From: Batkoa obscura
Lineage: Eukaryota
NCBI GenBank assembly: GCA_030770535.1
Contig: JASVEC010000026.1
Span: 310,001-374,000 of the forward strand
Length of the DNA stretch: 64,000 nucleotides
Direction of reading: 5' to 3'
Positions 1 to 14,099 of this stretch are shown in pieces. Under the pieces are notes generated by a model, which saw only the letters and a program-made list of their open reading frames with translations, was not told the DNA's origin and ran no database searches. Both the position numbers and the translations under genes were made by a program. How positions within the stretch are numbered: the stretch's first letter is position 1; each line of letters starts with the position of its first letter.

Positions 1-1559
1 ATCGATGGTGTAAAGTTGCTTTTTAAAGGCAGTGATCGATATGCTAAAATAATTTAATATATATAAAATTAATTTTTCAGAATAGCATTTTTAAAAATAA
101 GGCTTTTAGCGTAATATCGGTATGCTACTTTATATAGTTAATTATAAGTATCTTTTTTGCAGGGAGGTTGTTATAATGGGCTGTTTATTTTAGACCATTC
201 TTTAAAATAGTTTATTTGGTTTTAAAGATTTAAAAAATAAAATTTTAAGTTCAAAACTAAAGAGCTTCTTTTAAACAAAGTATCTACTTTTCCCGAAGTG
301 GACCTTACAAGTTTACTATATTCCCTCTAATTTGGTGCTTAGTATTTAGCTTCCTTCAAGCGTACCTAGTGTTTTTATAACTTATTTTCATATACATCTC
401 AGAAACCATTGGCCTTTAAAATTTAAAACAATTTATTTAAACAATTTATTGTTACGGAAATATTCACATTTCTAATTATTTTAACTATTTTCGAAATAAA
501 ACTGAATTTGTATCAATTTACAATTAAATAAAAAGTTGGCTATAAAATGCTAGCATGTGCTATATTTATTCAGGTATGGCTTATTCCGATATGTTTTCAC
601 TATAAGGTGAGATGCTAGCAGAGAAAGGTGTGTGTTCTTTAAATTTATAAGAGGATTAATGTTCAATTTTGTTTCATTAACTTGAACCATTATGTAATGT
701 TTAATAATAAAAAAATCTTAAAATTCATATATAGGCTCGTATATTATAAATCAATTTAAAAGATCCTTTTCATAAATAATAGGATTTAAATATAAATAAA
801 GTTCTTTACTGATCCCATTTTTAGTTTTTAATATATATGTTCAAAGTTTAAATTTTATATAATATACAATATTATATTATATTATATTATATGTATATTT
901 TTATTTAACAAACTAATTAGTGCCGTTTTTTAGACTTAAATATTAAACATGATGGTTTGTAAAACCAGTCTTTATATGCGATTATTATTTTTGTTCCAGT
1001 GTTTACCAAATATAGTTCGGCTTATACCTGATTTAGAAAGCTTTCATCAGATAGCCTCCTTTTCTTCCCATTGTGAAGTAAAACTTCCTCTCTTCTCTTT
1101 TCCCATTTAACATATATTCCCGAAATAAAACACTGTTCGTTTCGGATAAGGATAAAAAACGCTTAAGTTTATGTTATATAAAAAGGAACACAGGTAAATG
1201 ATACTAAAAAATAAATTCCCAATTTATCTTAAATAATAAAAATGTCATATTTTATATACCAATTGCTCTTTTGTTATCGAATTGTAGCTATAAGTTCTAG
1301 CACCATGTGAGTGAAATAATATTATAGAGAAAAAACACATGAAAAAGGACGACTATTGAGCAATAATTTATTTGATAATTAAAGTGGTTTCAGTATTTTG
1401 TTTAGCCTTAGTTTTACCACGCGTTTCATATTCCTATATTATTCCTCTGGTTTGAAGAAGATAGTCCTGAACTTAGTTCAGTTTCTAACATAGCATTACC
1501 TATAAAGCTATATCAATGCCAGAATAAATATCAAACTGTCTACTGGAACCTCTTCTTCA

Positions 1560-2600
1560 AGCTTTGACTTTAAATCTACTTGTTAAACTTTTATATGTCT
1601 TAGCTAATGGTGATTGAAAAGTAGGATCAAAGTAGAAGGCTACGAAATTAAGTGTTTCAGGCAATGCTGATCCTATATAGACCAAATATCTAAGTACTCA
1701 TTGGACAACCTAATGAAGTTAGTATATATTTGTGTGACAACACTAAAGTATATGTGAGTATCATAGTAAATGGGTATAATGCTCTAAATGAAAGTCAAAC
1801 TATGTACGTGGAAATTTACTAAAAATTAAATTCTTAACCCCATTTTCGCTACGTTTTTTATAGTTTTATTTGATATTTCTATTCTTCTAAAAAACTCATG
1901 CTTTTCAATAATAATCACATTTTTATTTAATTTGATCTCAACCAAAATCACGATAATCATCAAGTCATTACAATGGCGTGGGTAAGCTGAAGTACCAGTA
2001 AATTGAAGGTTCTAGTATAACTTTTATCAGAGTCAAAAACACAACATCTCCCATTTTCAACATAGCCAAGTTTTCCAGGAACTGTTTATGAAATTCAATA
2101 AATATTTAGATTACCTCAATTATGTATTCTAATAAAATTGTAGCAAAAATAAACAGTCCGTCAAAGGTATAAATTAGTATAATGTTTCTATCACTTCAAT
2201 GCTACTTTTTTCCTGTGAAATAGTTTGTTGTAAATTAATAGCAACACGAGGATTAAAGAAGGCATGTAATAAAGGGAAAATAAAAAGTACAATTCAATAA
2301 ACAAGCATATTGCACTTGGCGACTTGGTGTACTTTCTTATTTATAAATAAGTTATGTGTAGCCATGTATCACAGTATGATATGACTCTTTGTAAACATAA
2401 TAAAACACAGTTAACTAATTGCCAGCGATAGATACATGAAAATTATGGTTAATATCTATGATATCAATCTGCTGAAAGTGCTATACTAAAGTATATCGTT
2501 GTCACTACAAGCAAAAACGCAAAGTAGATACAGATTTTTAATATTACTGGGGAATAATACGAGTAAATATATTCATATTCTGAATCTATACTCATGTTTT
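1560..2600 (-). pseudogene. Decayed paralog of the 7TM GPCR-like genes at 25-32 kb
   Basis: Minus-strand fragments FPLLHAFFNPRVAINLQQ (~2280-2220) and YIGSALPETLNFVAFYFDPTFQ (~1680-1615) match FPLLYCFLNVAIGINLQL and YITGGLLGTLNFIAFCCDPTIQ. No long ORF; boundaries approximate. Confidence 0.7.
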
Positions 2601-2767
2601 AAAAGGCAAGTATTAAAATTGTAAATAAACTATAGATTTTTTACCATCATTTTTATCTTCCTGGCTTTCAGACTTTATATTCTTTATTCGTGCTTGCAAG
2701 TAGTTACAATACTTTATTACATAAATAAAATTTCACTGAAATTTTATTGCTTCATCTCACATTAGTT

Positions 2768-2866
2768 CAAAATAAAGCACTTGTTCAGCTATCAAATATT
2801 TCATGACTATCGCAAAATAAAGCACTTGTTCAGCTACCAAATATTTCATGACTATCGCAAAATAAA
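2768..2866. repeat. Tandem duplication, 45-bp unit x2.2
   Basis: caaaataaagcacttgttcagcta(t/c)caaatatttcatgactatcg repeated with one mismatch. Confidence 0.9.
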
Positions 2867-3267
2867 TATTATATCACTATAGTATTCAATCAAGTTTTAA
2901 ATTTAATATTTACTGTGTTGAATTTCAAATAGAGGTAAAAAAATTTGTCATGAAATTAACTAATTATTGAAGTTAGACTAAGTGTAAACTGAAAGTTTTA
3001 AAAAACCTTTTATAAAGTTCAACTTTCCAACTATTGGGCCTCAGGTCTTCTGGTTATTATAATCCTTCTTTTTTGTATCACATACTTGTTTTTTGATCAT
3101 CTAACTACTTATAATTAAATATATCTGAATCTCTAAATCTCTAAATATTATTTTTATATCTTTATATAGTGACAGACAAGCTAAGTCTATGTCCGCCAAT
3201 TTTATCGTTTTTTACTTATATTTAAAAATCTACAAAATGAAAAAATTCTAGTTGATATTAAATATAT

Positions 3268-3363
3268 GAGGACGTTTTTTTAGTTTCATTACTTTTCCCA
3301 TTTTTTAAGCACTTTGAGTGGAAAGATTGTTAGTAAAATTCTTAAGCAAAAAAATACTTCCCC
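3268..3363 (+). mobile_element. ~100-bp MITE (Sola-like termini), copy 1
   Basis: Degenerate match to consensus GGGGGTGTTTTTTTTGGTTTCATTACTTTTTCCATTTTTTAAGCGCTATTTGAGCGGAAAGATTGTTAGTAAAATTCTTAAACAAAAAAATACATCCCC. Confidence 0.8.
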
Positions 3364-3485
3364 ACATTTTAGTTATCTAAATATTTATTATACTTTATTT
3401 TTATATCAAGACTTAAATTTTTTATTTATTTTATTTTTTATTGTATTTGTTTTTATTATTTTATATAGTTTATCAATAAATATTT

Positions 3486-3582
3486 GGGGATATATTTTTT
3501 TGTTTAAGAATTTTACTAACAATTGTTCTACTCAAATAGCGCTTAAAAATGGAAAAAATAATCAAACCAAAAAAAACACCCC
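3486..3582 (-). mobile_element. MITE copy 2 (inverted relative to copy 1)
   Basis: ggggatatattttttt...ctcaaatagcgcttaaaaatgg...cacccc. Confidence 0.85.
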
Positions 3583-4171
3583 ATATGTAAAATAAAAGTT
3601 TAGTATTTAAATGAGGAAATTTTAAAATATTAAAATACTAAAAAAGCAATATAGAGGTAACATAATAGATATCATAATCGTAATTTGAAAATGCTGCCAT
3701 TTTTAATAAAAATATTTTATGTGTTATATTGTAGTCCTATTGTAGTCTTATTGTGGTTATAGTGATGTATATCAATATAGTCTTTTAAATTAAGCTTTAT
3801 TGTTTCTTTAGTTTTTGCATTTAACGCTTTTCAAACATTCTTAGTTTTATAGATAACTTTAAAATACTTTTAATTTGACTATCAGATAATACTAACTTGA
3901 TATAGTAAACCAAGTTCTTATGAGAAGGAAATGTATGATAGACGTTACGAAAGAAATCAGTAAAAGTAATTGTCCTTTTATTTATCCTATATATAATTGT
4001 ACATAGTATGCGAATAGCCTGCATCTATTGATCTGGCAATATTCAGCTTGCAATGCTATATTTTTAATGTAAAATATCCAAGCAGTTAAAAAATCAAAGT
4101 TAATTTCTGATTGGATTTCATTTTCACCTACAAAATCGAAAAAAAGCTTATGACGTATCTCATTTTAAACC

Positions 4172-5097
4172 ATGGAAAAGAAAAATTATTCAATGCTAGC
4201 TATGGAGGGGGATATATCCCAACTAAGCGAAGCAATACACAATGACCCCAATTTGGTAAATGAATTAGATGAGGATGGAAGAACTTTAATATTTTGGGCT
4301 GGTAAATTCAAAAAAATTATAATTGAAATAGGGATTCATTCTTTTTTAGCTTCAGGCAAACAGTTTGATACAGTACAGTATCTATTATCTAAAGGTGCAA
4401 GAATTAATTTCGCTGATGAGGTAACTTTTGTTAAAATGATACTAAGCAACTAATTAATTAAAATAAGGATGGTTGGACTGTTTTGCATATAGCAGGTAAA
4501 AAAGATTATAAATTTTTGATTTAAATGATTTTAACTTAAATCATCTAGCTTCAACTGGGGATTTAAATACAGCCAAACAGATTTTAAGCATTGATTCAAG
4601 CCTTGTTAATATCGCTAATGAAAAAAAGCAAACCCCATTGTAAATAATATCAAATAATTATTTTACAAATTTTAATTTAAATTAAGGTTTTATTGCGTAT
4701 CAAAAAATCATCTTGAACTGGGTGATTTACTATTAAATGAAGGTGCCGAAGTCAACCAGATAGATTCCCAAGGTCGTACTCCCATGTAAGTGGACAGATG
4801 AGTTTATATCAGTTGTCTTAAATTTAACACAAAATTTTTAGTTTCAGAGCAGTTAGTCAAGGTCATATGAAATATGCGCAGCTATTAAAGCAACATGGAG
4901 CTAAGTTAAAGATCTTTGATGCCAATGGTAGCTCTTTGTTACATGTGGCATGTGAGGAAGGTCATGAAGAGTTGGCTAAATGGTTATTAGATAAAGACCT
5001 TGATGCGGATAGACTTAATAAGGATAGTTTATCACCTTTGGATCTTGCACCTCTAGAATTGAAGAAAAAACTGGAAAAGTATATCGAACAACTTTAA
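4172..5097 (+). CDS. Ankyrin-repeat protein, Nas6/gankyrin (PSMD10)-like; about 6 exons
   Basis: Ankyrin motifs DEDGRTLIFWA, DGWTVLHIA, GRTPM, GSSLLHVACEEGH and SPLDLA, separated by short GT-AG introns. Size fits Nas6. Confidence 0.75.
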
Positions 5098-5664
5098 TTA
5101 TAGTATAAAATTGAGATTTATTTGGCTTATTTATAATTCATGTTTATATTGGATTTTATTATATTAGAATATCTCGATTAGATTATTTGGTTTTTAAACA
5201 TTAATTCTTGTTAGATTTTTACATGACACAATTTACAATTAAGCTCCATCTTTGTAAGTTGGCTTTGATATTATGTAAAGCTTAAACATCTTTATCAAGT
5301 TACTTGCTAGGTCATGATGAGTCTTTAATTTTGACTTTAATATAAGGTAGGCTAGTAAAAATGACTATTTAATGCTTTATTTCTATATAAGTTAGTGAAA
5401 GTTAATTTATTGATAAGGACTATATTTTTTCTTTTTTCTTTTTTCTTTTTATTTAAATAACCACTACATTCGCAAGATTATAATTCAATTAAGACTATGA
5501 TTAATACTTTCCTAAATTAGGATGTTTTCGAATTTAATTCAACTATCCGAGATTATAAAAAATATTTTAGAATAAAAATAGAAAATTGATATCTAAGCAT
5601 TTAAAAAACTACAATGTCTTGTAAGGGATGATATTTGTAACTAAAGTAACAATATATCAGAATG

Positions 5665-5928
5665 TTTTTTGCCAGTTGCCTTTTCTTACTATTTTTTTAA
5701 GATTTAGAAATTAATTAACCAATGCAACTGTTTAAGTTCAAGCATGTACTGACAAATGATAGATTTTATAATTAGTTATTTGGTCTATTGTCTTGATTTC
5801 AAGCTTGGTAATTAATTTTTTATTCAAAATGAACAGGTAGTCAGCCCATATGCAAACTTAAACAGTTGCATTGGTTAATTAATTTCTAAATCTTAAAAAA
5901 ATAGTAAGAAAAGGCAACTGGCAAAAAA
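5665..5928. repeat. Foldback/MITE-like element with 74-bp perfect inverted arms
   Basis: 5665-5738 is the reverse complement of 5855-5928; 116-bp spacer. Confidence 0.9.
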
Positions 5929-6477
5929 AATCACCATATTATAAGGACATAAATTTCATAAATCATTTACTAATTCATCAATACACAGAAGTTATAAAAT
6001 AAAATTAATTTACAATCAAAATTAAAATACAAATATCAATTAAGAGTTCACAGCTTAACAAAGACTTCAAAATTTGCCAAATTTAGACTATAGGATAACT
6101 CAAAAATAAGTGAAGATTAAGTTGATAAGATATCAAAATTTTCGTAAATTTTAGATTAAAAACTCTAAAATACTTCTAGTAGCTTCTTTAAAGTTCAGGT
6201 TTACTTTAAAATACGTTTATAATAATACAGTTCGCCTTCAATTATAGGATTGTGTTTATAAGCATAGCACAAGATTTAACAAACCAAACTAATTCAAATT
6301 TTGCGGGGGGATGACAGTACCTGAATAAAAGAAAATGGGGAATTGGGTTAGATAAACGAAGAATAGCACAATGTAAAACCAAAGAATATATATAATAATT
6401 TTGATTGGTAATATATAAATACAAGCCAATGAATTAAAACATTTGTATGCTCCAATTTTATAGATTTTCTAACACTA

Positions 6478-6633
6478 CACCTTTTGGAAGAATGTAGAAA
6501 ACCCAACGGTTTATAAATTGTAAGTAAAAAAACTAAACAGAATACTACATATTTCTAGTACTTTGTTTAGTTTTTTTAATTTTTTTGCTTGCAAGTTATA
6601 AACCATCGGAGTTTTACATATTTGACCAAAAGG
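6478..6633. repeat. Imperfect palindrome (probably an old foldback element)
   Basis: ccttttgg..ggtttataa..aaaaaactaaaca..tacta is mirrored by tagta..tgtttagtttttt..ttataaacc..ccaaaagg. Confidence 0.7.
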
Positions 6634-7197
6634 TATATATGTTGCATAACAGTAGAATTGAAACAATCTATAGATTTTATGGGAATAAAATTTTTAGCAA
6701 AAATAAAGTCCCTTTTTTAGCACCAATTATTCTCCCTTAAAAAAGAATTTCATTAATAAATAAACCAATGAATCTCGAATCAAAATTTTATTCTTCGGTT
6801 TTAACTGGTTGAAATATACAAAAGTGACTTGCATTAGAAGAGAGGTGAAGTATATAAAGCAAGTATCTTCCAGTTTATGAAAGAAATCTTTGTCGAATTT
6901 AAGCTACTGCTGTTCTTCAATACATAGATCTTTTATAAATATTATCCAAGTTACCTTATCCTATTGTGACTATTATCTTATTACCCTCCATTTATTATAA
7001 ACGAATAGATCAGGTAACCTACTACTTTATTCAATAGTATTTAAAGATAAGAAGCTAACTATCATTAGCTTAGACAAAGCAGTTAGTATAAATCAATATA
7101 AAACCAAGAAACTTAAAAAATTACTCTATCATTTACCTATAAAAAAGTAAGCCTATTCTACTTCTATATGAAGCCTTACTTAAATAATATATAGAAT

Positions 7198-10100
7198 ATG
7201 ACCATATCAAATAACAGTAAAGCTTATTACCAAACCACAGCACCTATTATTAGTGAAGAGAATCACTTTGGTTACCTTGAATTACAAGATGGTTCAATGT
7301 ACCAAGGTATCTCTTTTGGTGCTCCAAATAAAACAATTTCTGGAGAATGTGTTTTCCAAACCGGTAATAACTTGTATTAAAGCTATTAAAAATACTTAAT
7401 TAAATAATAATCATAGGTATGGTTGGATACTCTGAATCCTTAACAGATCCTTCCTATGAAGGTCAAGTTTTAGTCTTGACTTTTCCATTGATTGGTAACT
7501 ATGGTGTACCATCAAGGGAAACTTTGGATGAGCTTAATAAGCTTCCAGTCCATTTTGAATCTAACAAAATCCATATTGCTGCTTTAATCGTCGGTCAATA
7601 TACTAAAGATTATTCTCATTTCCTTGCTGCTTCTTCCTTAGGCACTTGGTTACAAGAAAATAATGTACCAGCCATTTATGGTGTTGATACTCGTGCACTT
7701 ACTAAAAAAATTCGTAGTCAAGGTGTTATGTTGGGTAAAGTAAGATTCCCAAAGAGTGATGCCAGCAATCCAGAGCTTGATGTTAACATGCTTGAAGAAG
7801 TAGAATGGGTTGACCCAAATGCACGTAACTTAGCTGCTGAAGTATCTATTAAAGAACCAAAACTTTATTATCCTGAAGCTTCTAAAGCCATTAAGGACAA
7901 AAATGGCAAAGTATTACGTGTGTTAGGTGTTGATGTTGGTATGAAATATAATCAAATCCGTTGCTTTGTTAACCGCGGTGTTGAATTTAAAGTAGTCCCT
8001 TGGAATTATGATTTTACTAAAGATGATGATTTTGATGGTTTATTTATTTCTAATGGACCTGGTGATCCAACCAGTCTTGATGCTACGATTGCTAATCTTA
8101 AAAAATTCCTTGAATCTCCACGCACCCCAGTCTTTGGTATCTGTTTAGGTCATCAGTTATTAGCTTTAGCTTCAGGTGCTAAAACTACCAAACTTAAGTT
8201 TGGTAACCGTGGTCATAATATTCCATGTACTGATATGTTCTCTGGTCGTTGTTTCATTACTTCTCAAAATCATGGTTATGCTGTTGATGCTACCACTTTA
8301 CCAGAAGGTTTCCAAGAATACTTTGTTAATGCTAATGATGGTTCTAATGAAGGTATTATTCATAAAACTTTGCCTTTCTTTTCCGTCCAATTCCATCCTG
8401 AATCTACTCCAGGTCCACGTGATGCTGAAGTACTTTTCAATACCTTTATTGATTCCATTGTTGACTTTAAAGCTACTGGAACTCTTAATCCATTAAGTAA
8501 AGTACATGACCAAATTAACATTCAACACCCAGTTGATCTTCGCTCTGGTCTTAAAAAAGTACTTATCCTTGGTTCCGGTGGTTTAAGTATTGGTCAAGCT
8601 GGTGAGTTTGATTATTCTGGTGCTCAAGCTATCAAATCTCTTAAAGAAGAAGGCATTTACACTGTACTTATTAATCCTAATATTGCTACTATTCAAACAT
8701 CTAAAGGATTAGCTGATAAAGTCTACTTCTTACCAGTCACTCCTGAATTTGTTCGTAAAGTTATTCAAAGTGAACGTCCAGATGGTATCTATGTTACCTT
8801 TGGTGGTCAAACTGCTTTGAATGTTGGTATTAAAATGAAAGATGAATTTGAAGGACTTGGTGTTAAAGTACTTGGTACTCCAATTGAAACTATTATTATG
8901 ACTGAGGATCGTGAATTATTTGCTCAAAAAATGTTAGAAATTGGTGAAAAATGTGCTCAATCTCAAACTGCTACTAATGTACAAGAAGCTTTAGTTGCTG
9001 TTGCTGAAATTGGCTACCCAGTTATTGTGCGTGCTGCTTATGCTTTAGGTGGTTTAGGTTCTGGCTTTGCTGAAAATGAAAGTCAATTACTTGAACTTTG
9101 TAATAAAGCGTTTGCTGCTAGTCCTCAAGTTTTAGTTGAACGTTCTATGAAAGGATGGAAAGAAGTTGAATATGAGGTTGTTCGTGATTGTAGAGATAAT
9201 TGTATTACTGTTTGTAATATGGAAAATTTTGATCCACTTGGTATTCATACTGGTGATTCTATTGTTATCGCTCCATCTCAAACTCTTTCTGATGAAGATT
9301 ATAACATGTTACGTACCACTGCCGTCAATGTCATCCGTCATTTAGGTGTCATTGGTGAATGTAATATTCAATATGCCCTTAATCCATTCTCCAAAGAATA
9401 TTGTATTATTGAGGTTAATGCTCGTTTATCTCGTTCTTCTGCCCTTGCTTCTAAAGCTACTGGTTATCCACTTGCTTTTGTTGCTGCTAAACTTGGTTTG
9501 AATATTCCATTAAATGAGATTAAGAATTCCGTTACCAAGCTTACTTCCGCTTGTTTTGAACCTTCCTTGGATTATGTCGTTGTTAAAATCCCACGTTGGG
9601 ACCTTAAAAAGTTCCATCGTGTAAGTAAGAAGATTTCTTCTTCTATGAAATCCGTTGGTGAAGTAATGGCAATTGGTCGTACCTTTGAAGAAACAATTCA
9701 AAAGGCTATTCGTTCCATTGATAATTCATTCCTTGGCTTTTCAGATAATGATTATGTTGAAAATATTGATGAGGAATTAAGACATCCATCCGATCAACGT
9801 TTATTTGCTATTGCACATGCTTTCCATTTAGGTTATTCTGTTGATAAAATTTGGGAAATGACTAATATTGATAAATGGTTTTTAAATCGTTTAAATAATA
9901 TTCATCAAATGGAAAAAACACTTAACCTTCATTCATTAGCTACTTTACCACCAACTTTACTTAGAAGTGCTAAACAAATTGGTTTCTCAGATCGTCAATT
10001 AGCTAAGTTTGCTAAAACCAATGAACTTGCTCTTCGTAAATATCGCTTGAAATATAATATTACTCCTTTTGTTAAACAAATTGATACTGTGGCTGCTGAA

Positions 10101-13100
10101 TTCCCTGCTTTCACTAATTATCTTTATCTTACTTATAATGCTTGTGAAAGTGACGTTCAATTTGATGATCATGGTGTAATTGTACTTGGTTCAGGTGTTT
10201 ATCGTATTGGTAGTTCCGTTGAATTTGATTGGTGTGCTGTACGTGCCATTCGTACATTAAGAGATAAAAATGTAAAGACAGTGATGATTAATTATAATCC
10301 AGAAACCGTATCTACTGATTATGATGAAGCTGATAGATTATATTTTGAAAATATCACATTAGAAAGAGTATTAGATATTTATGATTTAGAACAAAGTAGC
10401 GGTGTTATTTTATCTATGGGTGGACAAACACCAAATAATATTGCATTACCATTGATGCGTCAAAATGTTAAAATCCTTGGTACTTCCCCTGAAATGATTG
10501 ATACTGCTGAAAATCGTTATAAATTTTCTCGTATGTTAGATAAAATTGGTGTTGATCAACCATTATGGAGAGAATTAACTTCATATGAAGAGGCATTAGA
10601 ATTCTGTGATCGTGTTGGTTTCCCAGTATTAGTACGTCCATCTTATGTCTTATCAGGTGCTGCTATGAATGTGGTATTTTCTCCAGATGATTTATCGAAT
10701 TATCTTACTCAAGCTACTGCTGTTTCTCGTGAATTCCCAGTTGTTATTTCTAAATATATTGAAGAAGCTAAAGAAATTGAAATGGATGCTGTTGCTCAAG
10801 ATGGTAAAATGGTTATGCATGTAGTCTCAGAACATGTTGAAAATGCAGGTGTACATTCAGGTGATGCTACTTTAGTACAACCACCACAAGATTTAGATCC
10901 AGAAACTGTAAGGAAAATTGTACAAGCTACACAAAAGATTTCAGATGCTTTAGCTGTTACTGGTCCATTCAATATCCAATTCATTGCAAAAAATAATGAA
11001 ATCAAAGTAATTGAATGTAATTTACGTGCTGCTCGTTCTTTCCCATTTGTTTCTAAAGTAGTTGGGGTTGATATGATTGAAATGGCTACTAAAGCTATGC
11101 TTGGTTTTGAATTTGAAGCTTATCCAAATCAAAATTTACCAGCTAATTATGTTGGTATTAAAGTACCTCAATTCAGTTTCTCTCGTTTATCAGGTGCTGA
11201 TCCAGTATTAGGTGTTGAAATGGCTTCTACTGGTGAAGTAGCTTGTTTTGGCAGTGATAAATATGAAGCTTATCTTAAAGCCCTTAAAGCTACTGGATTT
11301 ACTTTACCTAAAAAGAATATTTTATTATCCATTGGTTCTTATAAAGAAAAGGTAGAGTTATTACCTTCTGTAGCTAAATTACACAAATTAGGTTTTAAAA
11401 TCTTTGCTACTGCTGGTACTGCTGATTTTATTCAAGAACATGGATTACCAGTCAAATATTTAGAAGCTTTAGAAGATGATGGTACAAACAATATGACCAG
11501 TGATCAAAAGAAAGAATATAGTTTAAATCAACATTTAGCTAATAATTTAATTGATTTATATATTAATTTACCAAGTAAAAATCAATTCCGTCGTCCAGCT
11601 TCTTATATGTCTCGTGGTTATCGTACTCGTCGTATGGCTGTTGATTTTGAAGTACCTTTAATTACCAATGTTAAATGTGCTAAATTATTAATTGAAGCTA
11701 TTGCTCGTCATGCTAATATTAATGGAGATATTGAATTCCCATTAAATCCACACGATGCTAAATCCAGTTATGACTCTGTTCAATTACCAGGCTTAGTTAA
11801 TTTAGCTTCAACTATTAATAATGATAACGTAGAAACTTTTAGTAATAATTCTTTACGTGCTGGTTTTACTAGAGTAGTTATTTTACCAAATTCAAATTCT
11901 GAAGAATCTTTAAGTTTGAATCAATTACACTCTGATTTCCGTAATCAATCTTATTGTGATTATTTATTCTCTTTAGAAGTTACTGAGAAGAATTTAGATG
12001 ATTTAGCTAATCATCTTTCTGGTGCTGGTGCTTTATTCATTTCAAAGAATTTATTTAATTCATTAGATACTTTAAAATTAGACATTTGTTTTAAAACTCC
12101 ATCTGCTCGTGCTTTACCAGTAATTTCAGATGCTACTGGTACTAATTTATCTTCTTTATTATTATTAGCTAGTTTAAATAGTCATTCTATTCATGTATCT
12201 AAAGTATCAACTACTTCTGATATTGAATTATTGACATTAGCTAAACAAAAAGGATTAGATGTTACATTTGATGTACCAATTGATTCATTATTTGCTGAGC
12301 TTAATGAAAGTTATGATGACAAATTTGCTCAATTTGTATGGAAGAATTTATCAATTGTTGATTGTTTCTCAGCTCCAATTAATCCAGAATTAGCCGTTTC
12401 TTATCTTTTCAATGCAACTACTAAAGGATTATTAACTATTAATGATATCATTGCCAAGTTACATACCAATCCATTACAAATTTTAAAATTAGTAGCTCAT
12501 CCAGAAACTTACGTTGAAGCTGAAATTGGTCGTCCAAGTAGCTTATTAAAAGATACTGAAAATACTACAATTCAACGTGTAGTTATTCGTCAAACTACTG
12601 TATTTTTAGATGGTACTATCATTAAGCAAACTATTCCATTTGCTAAGGATCTTAATGAAACTGCTCGTGCTATTACTACTACTATTGAATCAGTACCTTC
12701 CACTCAATCTACTACTACTTTAAATCAAGTTAATAATCCATTATCTCCACGTATTCGTGCTACTGGCTTAAAATTAGATACTAATTTAAGTAAAGAATCA
12801 ACTTCATTAAATGAATTATTTTCACCAACTGAAAATAAGCCAGAAACCAACTCAAATCAAACTATTGCTCAACAACAAGCTGCTTTACATCCATCTACTC
12901 AATTAATTTCTGAATTACCAAGTTCCGTCATGAAGATTATGGCTTCCAATTCACCTTTCTATCGTAATCATGTACTTACTGCTTCTCAATTTACACGTGA
13001 TCAATTACACATCTTATTTGGTGTAGCTCAAGAAATGGGTGTTATGGTTAAAAGACATGGTGGTATGGATTTATTAAAGGGTAGAGTATTATGTAATGTA

Positions 13101-13883
13101 TTTTATGAACCAAGTACAAGAACATCAGCCTCTTTTGATACAGCTATGTTAAGATTAGGAGGACAAGTAGTTAATATCAATGGTCAAACTTCATCAGCTA
13201 AAAAAGGAGAAACTTTACAAGATACTATTAGAATGTTAAATCAATATGGTGATGCTATTGTATTACGTCATCCAGAACCAGGATCTGCTCAATTAGCTGC
13301 TCAATATTCTAATTTACCAGTTATTAATGCAGGAGATGGTATTGGTGAACATCCAACTCAAGCATTCTTAGATATTTATACAATTCGTGAAGAATTAGGT
13401 ACAGTTAACGGATTAACTATTACATTAGTAGGTGATCTTAAACATGGGAGAACAATTCATTCTTTAGTCAAATTATTATCAATGTATCATGTAAGATTAA
13501 ATTATGTTCATCCAAAAGGACTAGGTTTACCAATTGAATTACAAAATCAATTAACTAAAGCTAATATACCACAAACCACTTATGACTCTTTAGATGCACC
13601 TGAATTAATGGAAAATACTGATGTATTATATGTTACTAGAGTACAACAAGAAAGATTCACTACTGAAGAAGAATATTTATCAGTTAAAGATTCATACATT
13701 GTTAATAATGATGTATTAGCTAAAGCTAAAACTCATATGATTGTTATGCATCCACTTCCAAGAGTTGGAGAAATTGATCCAGAAGTAGATTTTGATCAAA
13801 GAGCTGCTTATTTCCGTCAAGCTAAATATGGTCTTTATGTTAGAATGGCTTTACTTGCTCTTGTGCTTGGTAAATCCAATTAA
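7198..13883 (+). CDS. URA2: Multifunctional pyrimidine biosynthesis protein (GATase-CPSase-inactive DHOase-ATCase); one coding intron at ~7364-7416
   Basis: GICLGHQ and QFHPE (GATase); [15 protein letters not shown] (CPSase); [13 protein letters not shown] and HPLPR (ATCase). The DHO-like region lacks the HxH motif. Confidence 0.97.
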
Positions 13884-14099
13884 AAAAAATGAATTAATAT
13901 TATTTTGTAATAATAAAATGAGGGTTATTTTATGTTATTATTTTTGTTATTATCTTTTATTTTTAATATTTATAAAATTGACAGTTATTTTTTTTACCAA
14001 TTAAATACTCAATTGATAGTTCTCTCAAATATTAAAAAACTGAATCTTTTTAAAAAATAATCATTTTTAATTTATCTTAGTAATATTTCAATTCAATAA

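Noticed and set aside
2768..2866. Repeat as a CRISPR-like array
   Set aside because: Two adjacent units with no spacers, in a eukaryotic context.
3314..3595. Short ORFs overlapping MITEs (also 45133 and 61790)
   Set aside because: Translations of MITE and AT-rich DNA, not genes.
6880..7000. Arginine-attenuator-like uORF (SYCDYYL) upstream of the CPSase gene
   Set aside because: No ATG in that frame, a poor match to the AAP, and the gene is the pyrimidine URA2 type.
11770..12650. Dihydroorotase domain lacking metal-binding histidines
   Set aside because: An inactive DHO-like domain is the known state of fungal URA2.
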